Virus record (IMG/VR): IMGVR_UViG_3300012347_000187
Span: 1-30,574 of that record
Reading direction: 5' to 3' (one strand)
DNA from: a virus
Lineage: Duplodnaviria > Caudoviricetes
Length of the DNA stretch: 30,574 nucleotides
The notes beneath the pieces were generated by a model that was not told where the DNA came from, ran no database searches, and was given only the letters and a program-made list of their open reading frames with translations. Shown piece after piece: positions 25,612 through 30,574 of this stretch (its first letter is position 1; each line of letters starts with the position of its first letter). The position numbers and the translations under genes are program-made.

Positions 25612-26468
25612 TACTTGCCCCAGCCGTTGCCCCACAAGTCAACGTGTAGGCGTGGGCTGTAGTTGTAGCCTTTGGTCAGTGCCCAATCTGCGACCTTAAC
25701 ACGATTCTGTGCATACGGAGTAACAACACCACCTTGTGGCATTACATACACTGGACCGTTAAATCCAACTGCACGATATTGTGCTACTGCGCGATCTACT
25801 TCTGCAAAGTGTTGTTCTGTTTCTACAACAAACTTCAAGTAGGTAAAGCCATAGTCTTGATACATGCGCACAATCTCTGGACGAATCGCTTCATCCCATG
25901 CTTCGCCACTTGCACTTAGCTTAGGGCTTACACTGAATGTAACTTCGTTGCCAGCAATTTCGCTCCAGTTAAGCAAGTAATCAATGAACTTGTTTTGCAG
26001 AGTTTGTGTGCCGTTTGTTTCAAAGGTGATGTTACGCAGGTCTTGCATACGTTCGTTGCTCAACAGTTCTTCGTATGCACGTTGCCATCCTAGTAATGGC
26101 TCACCACCTGTGATAACTAGATGCACATCATTGCCGTTGTCCTGTACCCACTTGTGGTTAGGAGTTAATGCCAATATGTCATCCACGAGTTCTCGTGTGT
26201 CCTTTGTTGGGCTAAGATCCTTAAAGGCAGGGTGCCAGGATGCGTAACTGTCACAACCAGTGTTAACGAGTGGGAGGCTAAGAAAGTCTTTATACAGGTG
26301 GACATTTTCTGCCACCGCGTCTGCCTCCTTACTCTTTTCACCTGGCGCACAACCAAAACCGGAGCAAGTAAAATTGCATCCGAATGTACGAAGGAAAACT
26401 GACGGAACACCAACAAAGCGGCCTTCGCCCTGAGCAGAATAGAATAGTTCACTTACTTTGATTTTCAT
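25611..26468 (-). CDS. queE: 7-carboxy-7-deazaguanine synthase (radical SAM)
   Basis: ELFYSAQGEG..VG.PSVFLR..GCNF.C...CDS, ITGGEPL, ETNG, SVSPK, PRLH..LWG. Confidence 0.9.
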   Translation of the reverse strand: MKIKVSELFYSAQGEGRFVGVPSVFLRTFGCNFTCSGFGCAPGEKSKEADAVAENVHLYKDFLSLPLVNTGCDSYASWHPAFKDLSPTKDTRELVDDILALTPNHKWVQDNGNDVHLVITGGEPLLGWQRAYEELLSNERMQDLRNITFETNGTQTLQNKFIDYLLNWSEIAGNEVTFSVSPKLSASGEAWDEAIRPEIVRMYQDYGFTYLKFVVETEQHFAEVDRAVAQYRAVGFNGPVYVMPQGGVVTPYAQNRVKVADWALTKGYNYSPRLHVDLWGNGWGK

Positions 26469-27274
26469 AATTTATATTTAGAGTTGGGATCGGTTTCTAT
26501 AAACATTTTCTCAACAATCCATGCTACTGGATCGTATTCGCCGGGCATTACTGCTTGCGAGTAGTTGTTTGGAAACCTATGGTGGTTGTTGTGCAAGCCT
26601 TCACCAATTTGGAAAGCTTGAATCCATTTGTTGTTTGTGCTGTTGTCTGACGTTTCAAAATTTCTATAGCTACCTGGCAAGTTCAAGTGCGCCAATCCAT
26701 TGGTCATTACACTGGAGTTAATTGTAGCAAACGCAGCAGGAAAAAGCAGCAGGAAAAGGCAAATTTTCCAAGAAATAATTAAGGTAACCACAATTAGTGC
26801 TAGCCAAATACGATCCCAGTTTTCGTGGACAAATTTTACATATTTGTCTTTGAGCAAGGCGTATGGGGCCCACATCATCTTTCGATTTTCTGCATGTCTT
26901 GGAAAGAGACGGCAAGTCAATGTAGCATAAACCAAACCATCTTGTGTTGGGCTATGTATGTCTTTATCTGAGTCACTGAACTTGTGGTGATGGTAATGAG
27001 TAGCGGCCCAACCTGCTGGAGTACCTTCACCTGCCAACAAGCTTGCCCAACATAAGAATATATGTCTATACTTTCCTGTAGTAAATGTGCGGTGAGCAAA
27101 ATATCTGTGCAAGCCAATTTGGACGCCAAACACTCCTAGTAGCTTTGAATAGACAATACCTGCTGCCAGCCACCACCACATGCCGTACATGTACGTAACC
27201 ACTAATGTCAATGGAATGGTAGCAAACCATATAGCATGGTATATATAGTTCCTAGTAGGCACAGGCAAGCTCAT
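26465..27274 (-). CDS. Delta-9-type membrane fatty-acid desaturase
   Basis: His boxes HRYFAH, HYHHH and HNNHH; D.HSP; TM segments. Confidence 0.9.
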   Translation of the reverse strand: MSLPVPTRNYIYHAIWFATIPLTLVVTYMYGMWWWLAAGIVYSKLLGVFGVQIGLHRYFAHRTFTTGKYRHIFLCWASLLAGEGTPAGWAATHYHHHKFSDSDKDIHSPTQDGLVYATLTCRLFPRHAENRKMMWAPYALLKDKYVKFVHENWDRIWLALIVVTLIISWKICLFLLLFPAAFATINSSVMTNGLAHLNLPGSYRNFETSDNSTNNKWIQAFQIGEGLHNNHHRFPNNYSQAVMPGEYDPVAWIVEKMFIETDPNSKYKL

Positions 27275-27555
27275 ACTGTGTCATCTTTAAAAATATTTGA
27301 CCACTGTCTTAGTTTTTCAAGCTTGTTGTCTTTTGCAATCATAACATCTTGAAAAGATACAATACCGTAGTCGTGGCATAGGGTAATCATGGCTAGTAGA
27401 TCGCCTAGTTCTTCTGCTAGATGTGCTCGATTTGTTAGTTCTTTACCTGGCTTGAAATTGTCTAGGCCAAAGCGGTTGATCTTGCTAATAGCAACAATCA
27501 CTTCTGCACATTCCTCTTGGGTAATATCCAATATTTCTTTTTCTTTTGAGTTCAT
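27271..27555 (-). CDS. MazG-like NTP pyrophosphohydrolase
   Basis: QEECAE...EELGDL motif. Confidence 0.75.
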   Translation of the reverse strand: MNSKEKEILDITQEECAEVIVAISKINRFGLDNFKPGKELTNRAHLAEELGDLLAMITLCHDYGIVSFQDVMIAKDNKLEKLRQWSNIFKDDTV

Positions 27556-27558
27556 AAT

Positions 27559-27768
27559 TTATGTTCCGCAGTCCATGCGCCATGCACAGCGACTCAACAT
27601 AAATGTAGAGCAATCGTCTTCACCAAAACAAGGAGGACGATCAGTTCGCTGTAAACGAATCATGGTGTGTATGGCTTTTCTTTCTTCGCTATCCCTATGC
27701 CCGGTATTACAGAGGGTGGCTTCTTCGTTTAGAAGATCTTGCAGTGTAGGTTCTTTGTTTGCAGGCAT
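27559..27768 (-). CDS. Small Cys-rich hypothetical protein
   Basis: PPCFG.DDCS...C.W..DC; start uncertain (27768 or 27807). Confidence 0.55.
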   Translation of the reverse strand: MPANKEPTLQDLLNEEATLCNTGHRDSEERKAIHTMIRLQRTDRPPCFGEDDCSTFMLSRCAWRMDCGT

Positions 27769-27782
27769 AGGAAACTTATCAA

Positions 27783-28286
27783 TTACGCAAAAAGGTCCTC
27801 GTTCCATTCACGATGTCCTTCGCGGTAAGCCATGTTGCTTTGTGTTTCGCGTACTTCCACGCGGTAGCACCACAAACGCTCTGCTTCACTTGGGCCCCAC
27901 ATCTCGGGAATATAAACGCCATTGATGTATTTGTAAAGCATATCGCTTAGTGCTTCACACCCTAGTGCAGGCAGCACAACAATCTTGGCCATATTCTTTT
28001 CTTGTAGCAGCTTGAATGTTTCCATTTCTGGATCATCCTGTGCAACAATAAGCGTATGGTCGAATTGATCTTCGAGTGTCTTCTTTAGTTCTTTGAGTCC
28101 ACCGTAATCAGCAGCCCAGTTGCGAACGTCTAGGTCATTGGTTCCAAAATAGAACTTCATGCTAAATGCGTAACCGTGAATTAGATTACAGTGTGAGTCT
28201 GCACGCCACTGGCGGTATGCCACTGGAAATGCATTGTGATATTCTTTTGTGCTTGTGTACTTGTATTGTACGGTTGGTAATGTCAT
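27783..28286 (-). CDS. queD: 6-carboxy-tetrahydropterin synthase (PTPS family)
   Basis: SHCNLIHGY, D.GGLK, FDH, VRET; clustered with queE and folE. Confidence 0.88.
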   Translation of the reverse strand: MTLPTVQYKYTSTKEYHNAFPVAYRQWRADSHCNLIHGYAFSMKFYFGTNDLDVRNWAADYGGLKELKKTLEDQFDHTLIVAQDDPEMETFKLLQEKNMAKIVVLPALGCEALSDMLYKYINGVYIPEMWGPSEAERLWCYRVEVRETQSNMAYREGHREWNEDLFA

Positions 28287-28289
28287 GCT

Positions 28290-28365
28290 TTTTCTCCTAT
28301 GTTAAATTTTAGCATAGGCTTGCAGAATTTGTATAGCGGGATGAATGCCAGAAAGGCCGCTGGTT
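28290..28365 (-). promoter_or_regulatory. Candidate riboswitch-like leader of queD
   Basis: AGCGG/CCGCU stem plus A-rich tail, then a CCUAUG/CAUAGG hairpin covering the SD. Confidence 0.45.
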
Positions 28366-28375
28366 GAATATGTAT

Positions 28376-28906
28376 TTATGCCCACCAGTTCTCCCAGGGA
28401 AAAACACACCAAACATCTTCTTCGGCTTTGTTGATGCTATGCCCTGCATAACTGATTTCTTTAAATGCACTTGCTTCGTTGTTAACTAAAACGGCGAAGC
28501 GAACATTGGCACCCCAGACGTCTTCCCACGCTAGTGCGTTAGGCATGCATCCGCTTGGCCAATCTTGTTTGATCCAATTGATAGTTGAACCTTGATCATT
28601 GATGTCGTCAATGACTAAAATGTTGTGACGCTTGCTCGGGCGACTTCCGCCTTCTTCGTAGCCAAATGCGTCTTCGGCCATCCACAAGTTGCTTTCACTG
28701 CCTTCGTCTGTGCCATCACGTAATCTCACGTTAAGAGTATGCATGGGCACGTTCATGTAGTGACTAAGCATAGTAGCAGGGATCAAGCCGCCGCGTGTTA
28801 GGCCCACAATGTAGTCGGGTCGCCAATTATCGGCAACCATACCACGAATAACATTGTGTAGGTATCCTTGAATGTCCTGCTGTGTATAATGAACTTTTTT
28901 AGACAT
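28376..28906 (-). CDS. Type I phosphoribosyltransferase (Gpt-like)
   Basis: IVGLTRGGLIPA, PRPP loop ILVIDDINDQGST, W.VFPWE. Confidence 0.88.
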   Translation of the reverse strand: MSKKVHYTQQDIQGYLHNVIRGMVADNWRPDYIVGLTRGGLIPATMLSHYMNVPMHTLNVRLRDGTDEGSESNLWMAEDAFGYEEGGSRPSKRHNILVIDDINDQGSTINWIKQDWPSGCMPNALAWEDVWGANVRFAVLVNNEASAFKEISYAGHSINKAEEDVWCVFPWENWWA

Positions 28907-29219
28907 AGTGTTTTTCGTTTAAGTTGTGTTGTTGTACGTGCTCAAAGAATTTGACAATGAATACGCTAGCAGTGCTAGCATCGTCACCGTGGAAGTTAAG
29001 TCTAACACCACCGGATCCATCCTGGCGCCAGTAGCTTTGTTTGCCCTTGCCGTATTTTACTAAGGGCTTTTTACTTTCGCGACCTTTCCAGTCCCAATCC
29101 ATTTTATATGTAACTTCACCGCCAATCATTTCAAACCACTCAATCATTTCGTCAGTGAGCCGATCGATTTCGATTGCAATAAAGTAATTAACAGTAACTC
29201 CCGGGGGCAATGCAATCAT
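28899..29219 (-). CDS. Hypothetical protein
   Basis: 106 aa; operonic. Confidence 0.65.
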   Translation of the reverse strand: MIALPPGVTVNYFIAIEIDRLTDEMIEWFEMIGGEVTYKMDWDWKGRESKKPLVKYGKGKQSYWRQDGSGGVRLNFHGDDASTASVFIVKFFEHVQQHNLNEKHYV

Positions 29220-29980
29220 TTGGCATCCTTGATAAAACTAGAGATAGCATCAGCAGTTTCAATGTATGCGCCCTGCATCATATGATATCCGCTGCGACAC
29301 GGATTCCCGTTTACTGCTACATCGCTGTCAACTGTAACAAATTCGGTTTTACGACTGTTAAGTAAACGGGCTTGTGTGTAATTGCGTTGCACGTCAGAGT
29401 AAAGAGTATGAATACACCCATCTTTAAGATGATGCACAAATAGTACCGGACGTGCTGGGTCTGCACTAAACTGGGAAACATCACGGGCACCGGATAAAAT
29501 TATGCCAGCAATCAAGTTGCTTTCGTTTTGTTTTTGCAATCGGCGCATCAGTGCGACTGCACTAAATGACCCGTTGCTATGACCCATTACCCATACTTTA
29601 TTGTTCTTGCCAAAATGTTTGACTACAGTTTCAAGCCGATCTAGGTGATCGCTGCTTTCTCGGAGACTTGGATAACTGCTACCTGCTGTTTCTAGAGGAT
29701 AAGGACTGTTAACTGCAACCACACTAAACCCAGTTGATTCGGCAATCGTTTTTAAGATAATACCAAACCCCCTGGGCTCAATTGACTGTGCAGGAATTGG
29801 AAACTGCCCATCTCCGCCGGGCAAGAAAACAACAACTCCTTTGGCATTGGGCTGCACAAACGAAAGAGTTACAGTATGTCCACTGGCCCAGAATGTGTCT
29901 GGCGGATTAAACCGCTGCACTTCAAAGCAATTCCCTGCGCTGGCAACGGCAAACAAAAGTGTTACAATTAGTTTTTTCAT
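29216..29980 (-). CDS. Secreted alpha/beta hydrolase
   Basis: Signal peptide MKKLIVTLLFAVASA; PGG; GHSNG nucleophile elbow; late D and H. Confidence 0.8.
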   Translation of the reverse strand: MKKLIVTLLFAVASAGNCFEVQRFNPPDTFWASGHTVTLSFVQPNAKGVVVFLPGGDGQFPIPAQSIEPRGFGIILKTIAESTGFSVVAVNSPYPLETAGSSYPSLRESSDHLDRLETVVKHFGKNNKVWVMGHSNGSFSAVALMRRLQKQNESNLIAGIILSGARDVSQFSADPARPVLFVHHLKDGCIHTLYSDVQRNYTQARLLNSRKTEFVTVDSDVAVNGNPCRSGYHMMQGAYIETADAISSFIKDAK

Positions 29981-30010
29981 ACTTTATTGTAACACTGATG
30001 CCATTATGCG

Positions 30011-30574
30011 TCAACGAGGGGCAAATTCCTGTTGTAGCTTGATGTTGTCAAAGAACTCTTTCTTTACCGATGGATCGGTTTTAAAAGCTCCTTCAAGTAC
30101 AGTGGTCTGGGTGAGACTAGAGTGAGCCATAATACCACGATTCTCACAGCATCCATGGGTAGCCTGGATATAAACTGCAACGTCACTGGATGCAGTTGCA
30201 AATTTAATCTCACGAGCGATGTCCATACAGAGTTCTTCCTGTAGTGTTCCGCGTCTAGCGCACCACTGTGCAATCCGGGTGTACTTCGAAAGTCCAATGA
30301 GTTTTGGTCCAGCAATAATGCCAATGTAAGCCACACCCGTAACAGGTTGGTGATGGTGCGAACACATGCTCTTAAGCTCACTGCGCACAACCAACATGCC
30401 TTCGTACTTTCCTTCTGTGTCGTTTGGGAAAGCAGTTGCATTAGGTGTAGGTTCATAGCGACCAGCCATGATTTCATTGTAGTACATTTTTGCAAGGCGG
30501 CGTGCCGTGCCTTTAGAGTTCGGATCATTTTCGCGGTCAATCAATAGTGTGTCTAGTACTTTTTCAAATGCTTC
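30011..30574 (-). CDS. folE: GTP cyclohydrolase I (5' end outside window)
   Basis: T..RLAKM, SMCSHH, GLSK..R, QE, HGCC..RG; frame open to the window edge. Confidence 0.95.
   Translation of the reverse strand, partial: EAFEKVLDTLLIDRENDPNSKGTARRLAKMYYNEIMAGRYEPTPNATAFPNDTEGKYEGMLVVRSELKSMCSHHHQPVTGVAYIGIIAGPKLIGLSKYTRIAQWCARRGTLQEELCMDIAREIKFATASSDVAVYIQATHGCCENRGIMAHSSLTQTTVLEGAFKTDPSVKKEFFDNIKLQQEFAPR

Noticed and set aside
1-30574. Genome-wide TAG reassignment (code 15)
   Set aside because: Conserved genes are intact in code 11 and I found only one in-frame TAG. Low TAG-stop use alone is normal in such genomes.

Overview
This is a gene-dense segment of a large tailed-phage (Caudoviricetes, probably jumbo) genome, with essentially all genes on the minus strand. 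It encodes nucleotide and cofactor genes (thyA, DHFR, MazG-like, PRTase, folE/queD/queE) and stress or auxiliary genes (ahpC/ahpD, groES, BI-1/YccA, MoxR ATPase plus VWA partner, fatty-acid desaturase). It also has five HxD...H cupin/2OG-Fe(II)-like proteins, a T4-RNase-H-like nuclease and many hypotheticals. The most unusual part is an RNA/translation island at about 10.4-13.15 kb with four elements: (1) an amber-suppressor tRNA (CUA) about 440 bp upstream of a gene whose Shine-Dalgarno/ATG start is followed by an in-frame TAG at codon 5; (2) a structured RNA enclosed by a 16-bp stem that buries the tRNA's ACCA end; (3) a circularly permuted two-piece tmRNA with a 33-codon tag and a remodelled T-arm; (4) a GIY-YIG endonuclease between two diverged copies of the tmRNA acceptor-piece sequence. 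Other points of interest are a DGQHR/ParB + EHxxP nuclease-like module, a riboswitch-like leader on queD, a repeated sigma70-type promoter family, and RBS-occluding hairpins around TAAATA motifs. All calls come from reading the sequence and recognising motifs; no searches were run.
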